Positions 7,143 through 18,149 of a stretch of DNA of 64,000 nucleotides are shown here, piece after piece. A program made the translations under genes and the position numbers. The notes beneath the pieces were generated by a model. It did not search any database. It was given only the letters and a program-made list of their open reading frames with translations, and had not been told where the DNA came from. Source of the stretch: Truepera sp. (GTDB lineage Bacteria > Deinococcota > Deinococci > Deinococcales > Trueperaceae). Every line of letters starts with the position of its first letter. Positions within the stretch are counted from its first letter, which is position 1. The stretch spans positions 256,001 to 320,000 of the forward strand of contig CBDCKW010000009.1 in the NCBI GenBank assembly GCA_965218435.1. Reading direction: 5' to 3'.

Positions 7143-7355
7143 CTCTCCTCCAGAGTGTTGGGGTCAACCTTTACGGTTGCCGGTCAAACCTTTGCGGTGC
7201 TGCTCTATCATATAACACAAAAATACTTAACTAAAGCTTAATGCTGGGGATGAAGAGCTGACTGGGGCGTATTGCTGCGGCGTAGCACCGGCGTGACGCG
7301 GCAAATGGATGATAACTGACAACGTGATGGCAGGGCCGTCGTAAAGTAAAGCTTC

Positions 7356-8249
7356 ATGAACGTCGCCCTGTTCGCCCTGTTGGTCTTGGTCGTGCTCCTG
7401 ATTCAGGGGGTGTTAGAACCGTACCGGTTGGTAACTGACGCGGTTGACGGGCCGGTACCGGGTTTGCCGGAAAGTTGGCAGGGGGCGCGGGTGGTGCTGC
7501 TGGCAGACTTTCAGGTCGGGCTCTTTATGGACAACCGCGCGACGGTGCGGCGGGCGGTCAGGCGTACGGTGGCGCTGCGGCCCGAGCTGGTTTTACTCGC
7601 CGGAGACTTTATCCACGACACGGCGCGGGGCATCAAACCGGTGACGGAGATTTTAGCGCCGCTGGTTAAGGCCGGGATTCCGACCTTTGCGGTGTTGGGC
7701 AACCACGACTACGCGATGCCGACCGCTAGAGACCCCGAAAACCGGGCGCTGGCAGAAAAGTTAGAGCGTGCGCTAGAAGCTATGGGGATTCGGGTACTGC
7801 ATAATCAGAGTGTCGCTTTAGAAAAACAGGGGGAGACGCTCTATTTGGTAGGTATCGGCTCGCACGTGCCAGATGATGACGACCCTGAGCAGGCGTTTAC
7901 GGCGGTGCCTGCGGGTGCGCCGCGCCTGGTGCTGATGCACCATCCCGACACCTACGCGGAGATTTTGCCGCACCGAGCGCCGCTGGCGTTTGCCGGACAC
8001 ACCCACGGCGGGCAGGTGCGGCTGCCGTTTGCGTCCGGGCGTTCGCTCCTGACCTGGCTCCGTGACGGGCAAAACTACAACGCGGACTGGGCCAAGCGGT
8101 ACGGCAAGGCCGGGAACCGGCTCTACATCACGCGGGGGATTGGCTGCAGCGTCGCGCCGATAAGGTTAAATTGTCCACCCGAACTGACGCTGATCACCCT
8201 GAAACGCCCTGAAGACGCCGAAGGGGTGCCGGTCTCGAGCGCAGATTAA
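7356..8249 (+). CDS. Calcineurin-like metallophosphoesterase (YkuE-like)
   Basis: AGDF, LGNHD, MHHPD, AGHTHGGQV motifs; N-terminal TM. Confidence 0.9.
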   Translation: MNVALFALLVLVVLLIQGVLEPYRLVTDAVDGPVPGLPESWQGARVVLLADFQVGLFMDNRATVRRAVRRTVALRPELVLLAGDFIHDTARGIKPVTEILAPLVKAGIPTFAVLGNHDYAMPTARDPENRALAEKLERALEAMGIRVLHNQSVALEKQGETLYLVGIGSHVPDDDDPEQAFTAVPAGAPRLVLMHHPDTYAEILPHRAPLAFAGHTHGGQVRLPFASGRSLLTWLRDGQNYNADWAKRYGKAGNRLYITRGIGCSVAPIRLNCPPELTLITLKRPEDAEGVPVSSAD

Positions 8250-8325
8250 AAACCGAGCCGAGCGGTTTTAGCTGGCGGCTGAGCTGTTCATCGGCTCGGG
8301 CCGTACGTCGGATACTTTTACTATA

Positions 8326-8400
8326 GCAGGTATCATCTGGTCGGCAACGCTCTCAATCTGAGTTCAGCTGACCAGCACGCACATTCTGCGATGATACTGG
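8326..8400. repeat. ~75-bp intergenic inverted-repeat element, copy A
   Basis: GCAGGTATCATC ... CCAGCACGCACATT ... GATGATACTGG; homologous to 16242, 14691 and the IS flanks. Confidence 0.7.
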
Positions 8401-8708
8401 TGGCAACCTCTCATGGAAATGCTACTACGCTGTTTAAGTTCTCCCTTTAACTGCCCCAGGGTACATTTGGGGAGTCGCGGACAGATTACGAACGCGCGTT
8501 GCGTAAACGGTTTTTGGGTTGCCGAAGCGTCGTTTCCGGGTGCCGGTAACGCACCTGTTTAAGCTCACGCTCTGTTTTACCAGGTGCAGTCCAGACTCGC
8601 GGCGTTATTTTTTAGACGTATCCGGCGATCACCTCGGCGTCGCGTTTGTCCGTTTTGTTGCGTCTGAGTTGACCCGTAGCGAAGCCCTTCACTTTGGCTA
8701 TAAAGCCT

Positions 8709-9383
8709 CTACCGTGGTTTGACAACGACACGGCGGTTTTTGCCTTCACCCGACGACTCGCTGTCAACGGCGGGGTCATCGGCCAGGGTCATGTGAATCA
8801 CGCGGCGCTCAGCGGCACTCATAGGCTCGAGTTCCACGGCAAACCCTGTTTTACGCGCCCGCGCCGCAGCTTTAAGCGCGACGCCGCGTAACCTTTCATC
8901 ACGCCGCACTTTGTAACCGCCGACATCAACCGAGACGCGGACATGCGGCTCAGACTCGTCGCGGTTGACGACCGCGTTGGTCAGGTACTCGAGGGCTACG
9001 AGCGTCCGGCCCCCGCGCCCGATAAGCTTGCCCGAATCACCGCCGTAAATATCGGCTTGCAAACCGCCCTCAACCTCGCGCACTTCAGCGGCGTAACCGG
9101 GGTCTAAGTTCAGCAGCAAACCGACCAAAAACGATTCGCAGCGCCCCAACTGTCCCTCGCCGGTTGCCGGTGGTACCTGCAGTACCGCGCTGACCTCACG
9201 TGACGTGGCGTCGGTAACAGCGGCAACCTCAGCTTTAGAAACTGCAGGGGGCGGTGAAGACGCGTCGTCCTCACCGGTTGCAATCCCGAGGTCGCTCAGA
9301 TATTTATCGAGTTCACTGTTCTCGAGGTCGCTGTTCTCGAGGTCACTGTTCTCGAGGTCATTATGGGTCTCGTCTTCAGCCAC
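8709..9383 (-). CDS. jag: Jag/EloR RNA-binding protein (KH + R3H)
   Basis: GKLIGRGGRTL KH loop; LEPMSAAERRVIH R3H motif; follows yidC. Confidence 0.9.
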   Translation of the reverse strand: MAEDETHNDLENSDLENSDLENSELDKYLSDLGIATGEDDASSPPPAVSKAEVAAVTDATSREVSAVLQVPPATGEGQLGRCESFLVGLLLNLDPGYAAEVREVEGGLQADIYGGDSGKLIGRGGRTLVALEYLTNAVVNRDESEPHVRVSVDVGGYKVRRDERLRGVALKAAARARKTGFAVELEPMSAAERRVIHMTLADDPAVDSESSGEGKNRRVVVKPR

Positions 9384-9391
9384 GGTTCCCC

Positions 9392-11047
9392 TTACTTCGC
9401 TTTAGCTTTTTTCGCTTTGGGTTTGCTCCGGGTTTTCTGGTTTTTCGGCCCGGCTTTCACCGCAGCTGGCGTCGGTACCGGGGTAAGCCCAGTTGCAGCG
9501 ACCGGTGTCGGTGCGGACAGCGAACGCTGAATCAAAAACTGCTGAGTCACCTGAACGAGCATCGAAGTAATCAGGTAAAGCGTCACCCCTGCCGGAAAGC
9601 TGAAGGCGAAAAACACGAAGACACCGCTGATCAGGAGCTGCTGCTGCAAGGTTTGCCGGTTACCTTTTGACGATACGAACGCCTGCGCGACCATGATCGC
9701 AACGTAAAGAATCGGCAGCAGATAGATCGGGTCGTTAAGGCCCAGGTCGGGAATCCACAAAAACCCTTGGTTAAACTCGAAGTTGATAAAGACGCGCCAC
9801 AAGATGATAAAGATGGGCATCTGCACAACTGCCGGTAAACAGCCCCCGGCCGGGTTGACGCCCGCCTCTTTATAGAGCGCCATCGTCTCTTGGGTGAGTT
9901 TTTCGCGGTCGTCTTTATACTTAGCTTGCAGCTCTTTAATTCTAGGCTGGATGTTTTGCATCCCGACCATAGACTTCATCTGCGTGTGAATCAGCGGCCA
10001 GACGAGCAACCGGAAGGTCAAAGTCAGCAAGATAATCGACAAACCCCACGACCCGATAACGCCGTGAATCGCCCGCAACACGACGATAATCCCGAGTGAC
10101 AAGCGGCCTAAGATATTGGGGTTAAAAAGGCCGGGTAAGTCGAGATAGTCCTCTTGTAAAAAGTGAACCATCTCGTTGGGACCGGCGTAAACTTGCAGCT
10201 CTAAAGACGTTTCAGCGCCTCTAGCTGCGCCTAGAGTTTTACCCATGGCAATCTGCGCAGCTGCTAACGGCTCAGCGACCAGCGCCTTGCCCCCGGCTCC
10301 CTTGACGTTGGGGTTGGGGCGAATCACCAGCGCCGTACCGGTGTTGCGGTTGTTGGCCTGAAGCGAGATATAACTCGGATTCGCCACCTCTTTTTGCGGC
10401 GGGTTTAGGGTAAAGGTGTCGCCCTGGCCGAGCTTGATGACCGGCGCAACTTGTTTGGCGATGCCGGGATAGGCAAACTGCACGAGTGTTTCGCCCTGTG
10501 CGGGCGCGGCGCGGCGCAGTTTGAGCGAGACCCCGATAGAGTTGCGAACGGCGCTGATTAAGATGGTCTTTTCAACCTGGACGCCCCCGACCCGGTAGTT
10601 AAAGGTACCCTCGAGCGCCGGTGCGTCGTCAAAGCGTTTTTCTACCCAGTTGCCTTTGACATCTTTTGGAGCCTGGTACTTGCCGTTTAAGAGGAGTGCC
10701 CCACCGGGAATATCGGAGGTGGCGGGGATGAGGTTTTGCCGACCGTCAAAGGCGTAGTTGCCGCCGAAATCTTGCCCCCGCTGCGCCCGGTAGTAGTACG
10801 CGAGCACCTCACCACTCGGGCTAAAAAGGTAATCCACGCCCTTTGAGGTCACGAGTTTAAGCGCCTTATTCTGCTTGTCACACCAAAACGAGGTCGCCTT
10901 AGGGGTACACAGCTCTTTTAAGGCTGCGGCGTTGTTAAAGTCAGCGGGCTTAAAGTCCCGGATGCCGAAACTTACACGGGCAAAGCCTGCGGTAGAAAAA
11001 ACTGCGCAGAGACCGACGACTAGAGCGAACAAAAACTTACGGTTCAA
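9392..11047 (-). CDS. yidC: Membrane protein insertase YidC
   Basis: [33 protein letters not shown] then TTG at 11047. Confidence 0.92.
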   Translation of the reverse strand: MNRKFLFALVVGLCAVFSTAGFARVSFGIRDFKPADFNNAAALKELCTPKATSFWCDKQNKALKLVTSKGVDYLFSPSGEVLAYYYRAQRGQDFGGNYAFDGRQNLIPATSDIPGGALLLNGKYQAPKDVKGNWVEKRFDDAPALEGTFNYRVGGVQVEKTILISAVRNSIGVSLKLRRAAPAQGETLVQFAYPGIAKQVAPVIKLGQGDTFTLNPPQKEVANPSYISLQANNRNTGTALVIRPNPNVKGAGGKALVAEPLAAAQIAMGKTLGAARGAETSLELQVYAGPNEMVHFLQEDYLDLPGLFNPNILGRLSLGIIVVLRAIHGVIGSWGLSIILLTLTFRLLVWPLIHTQMKSMVGMQNIQPRIKELQAKYKDDREKLTQETMALYKEAGVNPAGGCLPAVVQMPIFIILWRVFINFEFNQGFLWIPDLGLNDPIYLLPILYVAIMVAQAFVSSKGNRQTLQQQLLISGVFVFFAFSFPAGVTLYLITSMLVQVTQQFLIQRSLSAPTPVAATGLTPVPTPAAVKAGPKNQKTRSKPKAKKAKAK

Positions 11048-11334
11048 GATGCCTCCGAGGAGCGGGGTGGAACAGGGTCGTAGCCGCCCGGATGAAACGG
11101 ATGGCATTTGAGGAGCCTTACAGTTGCTAAAAAAAGTCCGTAGAGGACGCCGTGAGTACGGATGGCTTGGGCCGCGTAGTGGCTACAACTTGGGGTAAAG
11201 CGGCAGGTCGGCGCAGCTTTAAGCGGTGATAAAAAACGGCGATAAAAATAGATAGGGGCTAAGACAACCGTCTGTAAGACGCTCAGTTTGGCGTCAGCAG
11301 TTGCGGTATCTGCTGGGTGTATAGAAGCTTTCAT
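11044..11334 (-). CDS. yidD: Membrane protein insertion efficiency factor YidD
   Basis: [28 protein letters not shown]. Confidence 0.95.
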   Translation of the reverse strand: MKASIHPADTATADAKLSVLQTVVLAPIYFYRRFLSPLKAAPTCRFTPSCSHYAAQAIRTHGVLYGLFLATVRLLKCHPFHPGGYDPVPPRSSEAS

Positions 11335-11678
11335 AACGCTTGACCTTTACGGAGTGCGTGCTCGAGCGCCCGCTTGAGTTGCCAGTAGTCGGCTTCGGCG
11401 GCTTCCGGTTTGGCAATAACAACCAGTTCAAAAGCAGGCTTAACTTCTGCGTCTACCAAACCTGCGTCCGTCAAAATAGCCTTAAGTCCTTCTTTAAGGC
11501 GGCGGCGGACCCGGTTACGTGTGACCGCTTTACCGACTTTTTTGCTAACGACAATGCCGACGTGGATACCTTCGCGTGCAGGACGCCAACGCAGGCTTAA
11601 AAGCCGAGCATGTCCGGCTTTGCCGCGCCGCAAACGCCTAAAGGCGCGGTCACCCTTAAGTGACTGGATGACCGACAT
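11331..11678 (-). CDS. rnpA: Ribonuclease P protein component
   Basis: [27 protein letters not shown] motif. Confidence 0.95.
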   Translation of the reverse strand: MSVIQSLKGDRAFRRLRRGKAGHARLLSLRWRPAREGIHVGIVVSKKVGKAVTRNRVRRRLKEGLKAILTDAGLVDAEVKPAFELVVIAKPEAAEADYWQLKRALEHALRKGQAL

Positions 11679-11698
11679 AAAGGCTACCGGGCGGGTAC

Positions 11699-11842
11699 TT
11701 ACTCGTCCGAAACGGAGAGCTTGGTACGGCCTTTGGCGCGGCGACGGCGGATGACGTTGCGGCCTCCGGGGGTCTTCATCCGGACGCGAAACCCGTGGGT
11801 TTTGGCGCGTTTACGCTTGTTGGGTTGATACGTGCGTTTCAT
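11699..11842 (-). CDS. rpmH: 50S ribosomal protein L34 (below ORF-track cutoff)
   Basis: Translates [47 protein letters not shown]. Confidence 0.97.
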   Translation of the reverse strand: MKRTYQPNKRKRAKTHGFRVRMKTPGGRNVIRRRRAKGRTKLSVSDE

Positions 11843-11966
11843 GGTACTCCTTCGCAACTTTTATAACGGCGTAGCGGGAGCCGGACTCGGCCGCGCCGCT
11901 ACAAGACGTAGAAGCATATCACAAACGGCCGCAGCCATGCTAGGTGAGGCGAGCACGTTTAGAAGC

Positions 11967-12521
11967 TCAGAGCCTGAGGTCATCAAACTCTTCTCGGGTC
12001 AGGCCGTAGTAAAGTTCGTCGTGCAACGCGCCCTTGGTATAGACCGTGCGCCGGAGGCGACCCTCGAGCTTAAATCCCAAACTTTCGTGTAGCTGCTGCG
12101 AACGCTCATTAAATGAATAGACGATAACCGTGGCCTTTTGGTAGCGCAGCTCATAAAAGTAGTAACGCAAGACGATACGGACGGCTTCACGGGCGTAACC
12201 CTGTCGCCTCTGCTCCTGAAAGATGACTACAGCGTATTTGAAAGCTCCTATGCGCGAATCGCAATCAAACGTGTTGATATTGCCAACACGCTTGCCCTCA
12301 AGATTGCAAATCACCCAGAAAAATGTATCGCTCTTAGCTTCACGTGCAGCGAGTTGCTCGAGCAGTTCACGGTGCTGTATACGAGAAGCGGGAAAGTAGA
12401 TGCGGTCCTCGAAACGTTCGGCTTCGGTGTCGCTAGGCAACGTTCCTGCTTCTGCCGCCTCGAAATCTTCAACCTCGAGGGCGCGTAACTGTACCTTTTC
12501 ACCCCGCCAAAAGTTAGTCAT
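11967..12521 (-). CDS. GNAT (RimJ/RimL-type) acetyltransferase
   Basis: RRQGYAREAV acetyl-CoA loop, NERSQQLHESLGFKLEGRLR; ATGA overlap with gatA stop. Confidence 0.85.
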   Translation of the reverse strand: MTNFWRGEKVQLRALEVEDFEAAEAGTLPSDTEAERFEDRIYFPASRIQHRELLEQLAAREAKSDTFFWVICNLEGKRVGNINTFDCDSRIGAFKYAVVIFQEQRRQGYAREAVRIVLRYYFYELRYQKATVIVYSFNERSQQLHESLGFKLEGRLRRTVYTKGALHDELYYGLTREEFDDLRL

Positions 12522-13975
12522 AAGGCGTAGCCAGGCGCTACAGGTGAAAAATTCTCTCCCGCAGCGGCCTCGAGCGCCCCCGCAACCCTTAAGAGCCTCG
12601 CGTCTTCTAAAGTCGGAGCCAAAAACTGCATTCCGCACGGCAATCCGTCCTCAGCTATCCCTGCCGGAACACTGATGGCCGGAACGCCTACCAAGTTCGC
12701 CAAAACTGTATCTATGTCTCCCAAATACATAGCGAGTGGGTCGTCTACCTTGTTGCCCAAGCGGTACGCGCCCGTCGGAGCGGTCGGCGTCAGCAAAAGG
12801 TCGTAAGTGTCAAAAGCACGGGCCATATCGTCTGCGATCAGGCGGCGCACCTTGAGGGCTTTGCCGTAGTAGGCGTCGTAGTATCCGGCGGAGAGGGCGT
12901 AGGTCCCCATCAGGATACGGCGGCGCACCTCGGGGCCGAAACTCTCACCCCTCGAGCGCATCATCACCTCAGCTTGCCCGAGTTTATCTTCACCGCTGCG
13001 GTGGCTGTAGACCATCCCGTCAAAGCGGGCCAGATTCGATGACGCTTCGGCCGGAGCCACCAGATAGTAGGCCGCCGTGCCGTAGGGAGCGTGCGGCAAC
13101 GAGACTTCACCGACTTCAGCGCCCAGGTCTCGCAACACCTTTTCAGTACGCGCCAAAGCTTCCAAAACCCCGGCGCTGTTGCCTTCACCGCAAAGCTCGG
13201 TGACTTTACCGATACGGACGCCGCTCAGGTCACCTGACGTAAACGCACCCTCGAGGTCGGGCGCAGTCGGCAAGCTCGTCGCGTCGCACGGATCATGGCC
13301 GAACATCACTGAGAGGGCGAGCGCGAGGTCACGGGTACTCCGCGTCAACACGCCGACTTGCTCTAAAGAACTTGCAAAAGCGATCACGCCGTAACGGGAC
13401 AACGCCCCATAGGTTGGCTTAAAACCCAACACGCCCGTAAAACTCGCGGGTTGCCGCACTGAGCCGCCGGTATCGGTGCCGAGAGCAAGTGGGACGATAC
13501 CCGCCGCGACCGCCGCCGCCGAGCCACCCGACGAGCCGCCCGGAACATAGGCCGGATTCCACGGGTTATGCACCGGGCCGTACGCCGAGTTTTCGTTTGA
13601 GCTGCCCATGCCGAACTCGTCTAAGTTGGTTTTACCGATAACGACGGCTCCGGCTGCCCCCAACCGCGCCACGACCGTCGCGTTATAGGGCGGGACAAAC
13701 GTGTCTAAACTCTTCGATCCCGCTGTCGTTCGGACATTCAGCGTGCAGATATTGTCTTTAATGGCGACCGGGACACCGGCCAAAGGGCCGAGTGCTTCAC
13801 CGGCGTCTCGCCTAGCGTCGAGGGCTCGAGCCCGTTCTACCGCCTCCGGTAACAGGGTGATAAACGCGCCTAGTGAGGCTGCCGCTTCTGCCCTGGCGAG
13901 TGCGCCGCGTACCACCTCCTCCGCACTCAACGCACCCGCTTGTACTGCCGCCGCCGTTTCCGAAGCCGTCATCAT
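12518..13975 (-). CDS. gatA: Asp/Glu-tRNA amidotransferase subunit A
   Basis: [27 protein letters not shown] amidase signature; [31 protein letters not shown]. Confidence 0.95.
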   Translation of the reverse strand: MMTASETAAAVQAGALSAEEVVRGALARAEAAASLGAFITLLPEAVERARALDARRDAGEALGPLAGVPVAIKDNICTLNVRTTAGSKSLDTFVPPYNATVVARLGAAGAVVIGKTNLDEFGMGSSNENSAYGPVHNPWNPAYVPGGSSGGSAAAVAAGIVPLALGTDTGGSVRQPASFTGVLGFKPTYGALSRYGVIAFASSLEQVGVLTRSTRDLALALSVMFGHDPCDATSLPTAPDLEGAFTSGDLSGVRIGKVTELCGEGNSAGVLEALARTEKVLRDLGAEVGEVSLPHAPYGTAAYYLVAPAEASSNLARFDGMVYSHRSGEDKLGQAEVMMRSRGESFGPEVRRRILMGTYALSAGYYDAYYGKALKVRRLIADDMARAFDTYDLLLTPTAPTGAYRLGNKVDDPLAMYLGDIDTVLANLVGVPAISVPAGIAEDGLPCGMQFLAPTLEDARLLRVAGALEAAAGENFSPVAPGYAL

Positions 13976-14042
13976 AAGCTGCAGCATAACGTGTTGTGCT
14001 CGAGCCGCGCTCAATCACCGTCCGTCAGCCTACGCGCACCTA

Positions 14043-14558
14043 TCAGCAGTCGAACACCGACCAGCAGATATCGTTGCGTAACCGCTGATCGTCCAAGACG
14101 AGTTCACGAACCTCTTCCGGCAGCCTGTCGCGCTGCCAGCGGCACTCGAGCAGGCCGGTGCGCTCGCCCTCGCCTTCAGGCGCAGCCGCGCACGCGGCCT
14201 TGATCGCGTAGGCCGCCGCGCCGAGTTCGTGCGCGGCGACGTGCGCCGTCACCGCCGCTTGACCGGCAGCGTAGGCGGCGTGCCGAGCAGCTCCCTTCAG
14301 CGGTCTCGCAGCAGACATGGCGCGGCCACCCGCCGCCCGCGTCTCCATCATCTTCGTCTCGCCGCGAGCCCATGCCCGAAGCTGCTTTATGGCCTGACGG
14401 GGCCGTGGGTCTGCGGGCTGCGCCGCCTCGAAGTGGTGCAAAACGTGCTCGGCGCACGTGGCTGCCCACAACGCCAGGAGCCGATGGTCGGCGTCGGTGA
14501 GCGTTCCCCCACGGCGGAGGGTGATAAAGCGAGGGTCGCGGACTTTAGGAAGGATCAT
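14043..14558 (-). CDS. Imm5-like putative immunity protein
   Basis: RDPRFITLRRGGTLTDADHRLLALWAATCAEHVL..DPRPRQAI..AAGQAAVTAHVAAHELGAAAYA. Confidence 0.7.
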   Translation of the reverse strand: MILPKVRDPRFITLRRGGTLTDADHRLLALWAATCAEHVLHHFEAAQPADPRPRQAIKQLRAWARGETKMMETRAAGGRAMSAARPLKGAARHAAYAAGQAAVTAHVAAHELGAAAYAIKAACAAAPEGEGERTGLLECRWQRDRLPEEVRELVLDDQRLRNDICWSVFDC

Positions 14559-14690
14559 GCTGCACCTTTCAGGAACACAGATTTTACATTCTTTACCTCT
14601 AGCAAAGAGCAACTGGTCGGCAGGTGTAAGCTTCGAGCAACGCTCGGAGACGACGTTTTGTAAAGCACCGCGCTCAGACTATGTTTGAGG

Positions 14691-14742
14691 AGCACGTACA
14701 TTTTATGATGATGCCTGGGGCAAGCTCTTATGGGAATGCTAT
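14691..14742. repeat. Partial (right-half) copy of the intergenic element
   Basis: AGCACGTACATTTTATGATGATGCCTGGGGCAAGCTCTTATGGGAATGCTA versus 8374 AGCACGCACATTCTGCGATGATACTGGTGGCAACCTCTCATGGAAATGCTA. Confidence 0.55.
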
Positions 14743-14837
14743 CTCATCTCCAGGGTAATTCGTTCGTGTAATGAAGGGAGACCTGTCCTGCTTGCTTGGC
14801 CCGACAAAGGCGTAAGCCGCACGCTATACTCAGCTAA

Positions 14838-15785
14838 ATGTCCACGTTGCCTCCGCGCCTCACGCTCGCCGGTGACAGCAGCCCCGGCATGGTGCGCGAG
14901 ACGAATCAGGACAGCTTTTTTTTAGACATGACCCCGCAGGGTGCGCTCGCGCTCGTTGCTGACGGGATGGGCGGCCACGTCAGTGGTGAACTCGCCAGCC
15001 GTAAAGCTAGGGACGCGCTCGTCCAAGCTCTTAAAGGCGGGTCTAAATATCCCCCCCTGGCGATGGCTCAGGCGGTGGGGCGGGCCAACCTGGACATCTT
15101 TGATTACGCGGCGGCGCATCCCGAAGATCACGGGATGGGCACGACGCTGACAGTCGCGGTGATTGATGACCACATCGCCGTCATCGGGCACGTCGGGGAC
15201 TCGCGGGCGTATCTCATCCGGGACGGCGTCATCACCCAACTCACCCGCGACCACTCGTGGGTAGCCGACCGGGTGCGGCAGGGACTCCTCAGTCAAGACG
15301 AGGCGAAGCGGCATCAGTGGCGTAATATCATTACCAATTCGGTCGGGACACAACCCGAAGTGAGGCTCGAGCTTTCGGCCTTAACCCTACAACCCGGCGA
15401 CAAACTGCTGCTCTGCACCGACGGCCTTACCCTTCTTTTACCAGACGATGCGCTCTTACAGGTGTTGGAGCGAACCCCGCCCGAAGAAGCCGCCCACGAA
15501 CTTGTACGCCGCGCCAACGAACGCGGGAGTCCCGATAATGTCACGGCGCTCGTTTTAGCAGTTAAAGAGGTGATCGCGCAACCCAAAATCTATGCGCTGC
15601 CCGCTGAAACGCCCGTGTCGGTCACACTTGGTGAAGGTGCTGCAGGCTTGAGCACGGTTGAACAGGCTTTTTCGTATCAGAGCCGTTCAGCGTGGTTACA
15701 GCGGCACTCATTTTGGCCTTACCGCTGGTGGCTGTTAGGCTGTCTCGCGCTCGTCGTCCTATTCATCTTTTTCAGCTTTCGCTAA
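14838..15785 (+). CDS. PP2C-family Ser/Thr phosphatase with C-terminal TM
   Basis: RETNQD, VADGMGGH, GMGTT, HVGDSRAY, LCTDGL, GSPDNVT. Confidence 0.92.
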   Translation: MSTLPPRLTLAGDSSPGMVRETNQDSFFLDMTPQGALALVADGMGGHVSGELASRKARDALVQALKGGSKYPPLAMAQAVGRANLDIFDYAAAHPEDHGMGTTLTVAVIDDHIAVIGHVGDSRAYLIRDGVITQLTRDHSWVADRVRQGLLSQDEAKRHQWRNIITNSVGTQPEVRLELSALTLQPGDKLLLCTDGLTLLLPDDALLQVLERTPPEEAAHELVRRANERGSPDNVTALVLAVKEVIAQPKIYALPAETPVSVTLGEGAAGLSTVEQAFSYQSRSAWLQRHSFWPYRWWLLGCLALVVLFIFFSFR

Positions 15786-15816
15786 AGCCAAACGCCGATG
15801 GGCGGTATCATAAGCT

Positions 15817-16194
15817 ATGCGTACCCCTATTCACACCAACGAAGCGCCCGCCGCCATCGGCCCGTACTCACAAGCTGTCCGAGTTGACACCTTGCTCTTT
15901 ACCTCCGGTCAGATTCCCTTAAAACCTGATGGAACACTCCTGGAAGGCGATATCAGAGCGCAAACCGAGCAGGTGCTGAAAAACCTTCAAGCAGTGCTTA
16001 AAGCGGGGGGCTCGAGTCTCGCTGACGTCATCAAATGCACCTGTTTTTTAGCCGATATGAACGACTTCGCAGCGATGAACGAGGTTTATGGGACGTTTTT
16101 TAGCGGCTCTCCGCCTGCCCGGAGCGCGGTCGAGGTAGCGCGGTTACCCAGGGACGTCAAGATTGAAATCGAGGCGATTGCTCGAGTCGGGTAA
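15817..16194 (+). CDS. ridA: RidA/YjgF family deaminase
   Basis: APAAIGPYSQA, SGQIPL, PPARSAVEVARLP..IEIEAIA. Confidence 0.92.
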   Translation: MRTPIHTNEAPAAIGPYSQAVRVDTLLFTSGQIPLKPDGTLLEGDIRAQTEQVLKNLQAVLKAGGSSLADVIKCTCFLADMNDFAAMNEVYGTFFSGSPPARSAVEVARLPRDVKIEIEAIARVG

Positions 16195-16241
16195 AAAAGG
16201 GTCTACACTTTTGCCGTAAAACAATAAGGGCAACCTGTACA

Positions 16242-16315
16242 GCAGGTATCATCTGGGAACAGCCGCAACCACTTTCAGCTAAGCTATCCAGCACGCACAT
16301 TACGGGGTGATTAGC
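16242..16315. repeat. ~75-bp intergenic element, copy B
   Basis: GCAGGTATCATCTGG ... CCAGCACGCACATT ... GGTGATTAGC with the same spacing as copy A. Confidence 0.7.
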
Positions 16316-16446
16316 GTAGCTTCTAACTGCTTAAGTGTTGTAGCTTCTCGGACCTCGTTTTTAGTTCGTGTATCAACTCTAATGTACGCTCCTGGATACT
16401 TCTGTATTGTTGTCGGGAGCTGTGCGTGTTTGCGTTAGGAAGACAC

Positions 16447-17103
16447 TTAGCTCTGGGAGCTGCGCCAAGCGTGCTCGAGCTCCGTAAGCGTTATCGCTTG
16501 TTCGTCTAGTGACCGGTTGACGGGACGGAGACCATCAACAAAAATCTGTGCTTGTCGCCGGACTGCTGCTGGCTCGTCAGGCAAATTCGGTAAACGCCTG
16601 ACGAGGTAAGCGCCCGCAAGCATAATATCGAGCGCACCGACGTCAGGGCGGACGAGTTTTTGTTCACACCCCTGCTCGAGGATGTAGGCGAGATGTTCGT
16701 GGATTTCTTGCCTTGCCCTATTGTTGGCTGGCGACAGATAGACAGGGCCACCCGTAAACGGCAGGACAATGACGTCCCGACGTTCGATCAGGCCAAAAAG
16801 GAACGTGCGGATGGCCTCGAGCGGATCATCGGTTAACGAGGCCCGCGCCTGACGAGCGACCGAAACGGCCACCTCGTAGGCGCGTTCACTGAGCGCCGCA
16901 ACCAGCGCCGCGCGGTCGGGAAAGTGCCGGTAAAGCGTCCCCACGCCGACGCCAGCGTTTCGCGCAATCTTCTCCATCGTGACTCTCGAGCCTTCATTTA
17001 GATAGGTGGCAGCTGCTGAATTCAGGAGTTGCTCGTGGTTCCGCTTAGCGTCGGCGCGTCGTACAGAACTTCCTTCGCACGGACTCGTTTTCGTCGCCTT
17101 CAT
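16447..17103 (-). CDS. TetR family regulator
   Basis: RADAKRNHEQLL..MEKIARNAGVGVGTLYRHFPDR HTH. Confidence 0.9.
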   Translation of the reverse strand: MKATKTSPCEGSSVRRADAKRNHEQLLNSAAATYLNEGSRVTMEKIARNAGVGVGTLYRHFPDRAALVAALSERAYEVAVSVARQARASLTDDPLEAIRTFLFGLIERRDVIVLPFTGGPVYLSPANNRARQEIHEHLAYILEQGCEQKLVRPDVGALDIMLAGAYLVRRLPNLPDEPAAVRRQAQIFVDGLRPVNRSLDEQAITLTELEHAWRSSQS

Positions 17104-17236
17104 CCCGCTAGTATGTCACGCATTATGTATTCAGGGAAACGGAATTTTTCATCCGTTTGGCTGTAAGGTCATTACAATTGCTTCAGTGGTCTTGAACAGC
17201 AGGGCCACAAAATGCAAGCAGACGAAAGGGGTTGAC

Positions 17237-18103
17237 ATGAACGATACGACGATTCTTGCTTTCGGTGCTAGCGGAGAGTTTGCTGGGCTCGTGGTTCCCG
17301 AACTTGCCAAACGGGGCGCACGGGTAAGAGCTTTGGTCCACCACCAAGCAGAGGAGGAAAAGGCTCGCAAGCAGGGCGCTCAGGAGGTCGTTGTCGGTGA
17401 TTTGACGGACGCTGCGAGCTTAGCGGCCGCGCTCGAGGGCGTAGGTTCGGTCTTTTACATCGCGCCAGCCTTTTTAGACCACGAAGCCGAGGTGGGTCAG
17501 AACGTTGTTGAAGCGGCAAAGCAAGTAGGAGTACGCCGCTTTGTCTTCTCGTCGATCATTCACCCCATCCTCAGTGCGCTCGTCAACCACCGCGCCAAAG
17601 CGCCGGGCGAAGAGGCGCTGCTGGAATCAGGGATGGAATACGTCTTTTTGCAGCCGACCCTGTTTTTCCAGACCCTGGCCGAGAGTTGGCCGAAGGTACT
17701 CGAGACCGGCAGCCTCGCCGAACCGTGGTCGAACGAAACGCGTTTTAGCCGGGTGGACTACCGCGACGTTGCTGAAGTTGCGGCGATAGCACTAACCGAG
17801 GACCGCCTGACCTACGGAACCTACCAACTTTGCGCCGAGGGACACCTCGACCGTTACGACGTCGCTGGCCTTATGAGCGAGGTGCTGGGCCGCAAGATCG
17901 AAGCGGTCAAGCTCGAGCCGGAGAAAGCCACGGGCGGCTCTAGCAATGATCAATCCTCGCCGCTAAAACAGATGTTTAGGTGGTATGACCATAGCGGACT
18001 TTTAGGGAACGCACTTACACTGCATGCCATTCTGGGCCGTGAGCCGAGGACGCTACGTGCTTACCTCGAGGAACTTGCGGCTGAAGAGAACACTGAAAAG
18101 TAA
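17237..18103 (+). CDS. NmrA-like NAD(P)-binding protein
   Basis: ILAFGASGEFAG Rossmann start; RVDYRDVAEVAA; RBS-like GAAAGGGG before ATG 17237. Confidence 0.85.
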   Translation: MNDTTILAFGASGEFAGLVVPELAKRGARVRALVHHQAEEEKARKQGAQEVVVGDLTDAASLAAALEGVGSVFYIAPAFLDHEAEVGQNVVEAAKQVGVRRFVFSSIIHPILSALVNHRAKAPGEEALLESGMEYVFLQPTLFFQTLAESWPKVLETGSLAEPWSNETRFSRVDYRDVAEVAAIALTEDRLTYGTYQLCAEGHLDRYDVAGLMSEVLGRKIEAVKLEPEKATGGSSNDQSSPLKQMFRWYDHSGLLGNALTLHAILGREPRTLRAYLEELAAEENTEK

Positions 18104-18149
18104 TGAGCTTGGTAGCGTCCCAAATTTGAATGATAAGGAGTATGAAGAT

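Noticed and set aside
11843..11966. Possible oriC/dnaA region upstream of rpmH
   Set aside because: There is no dnaA and no cluster of TTATCCACA boxes; a GNAT gene and gatA follow instead.
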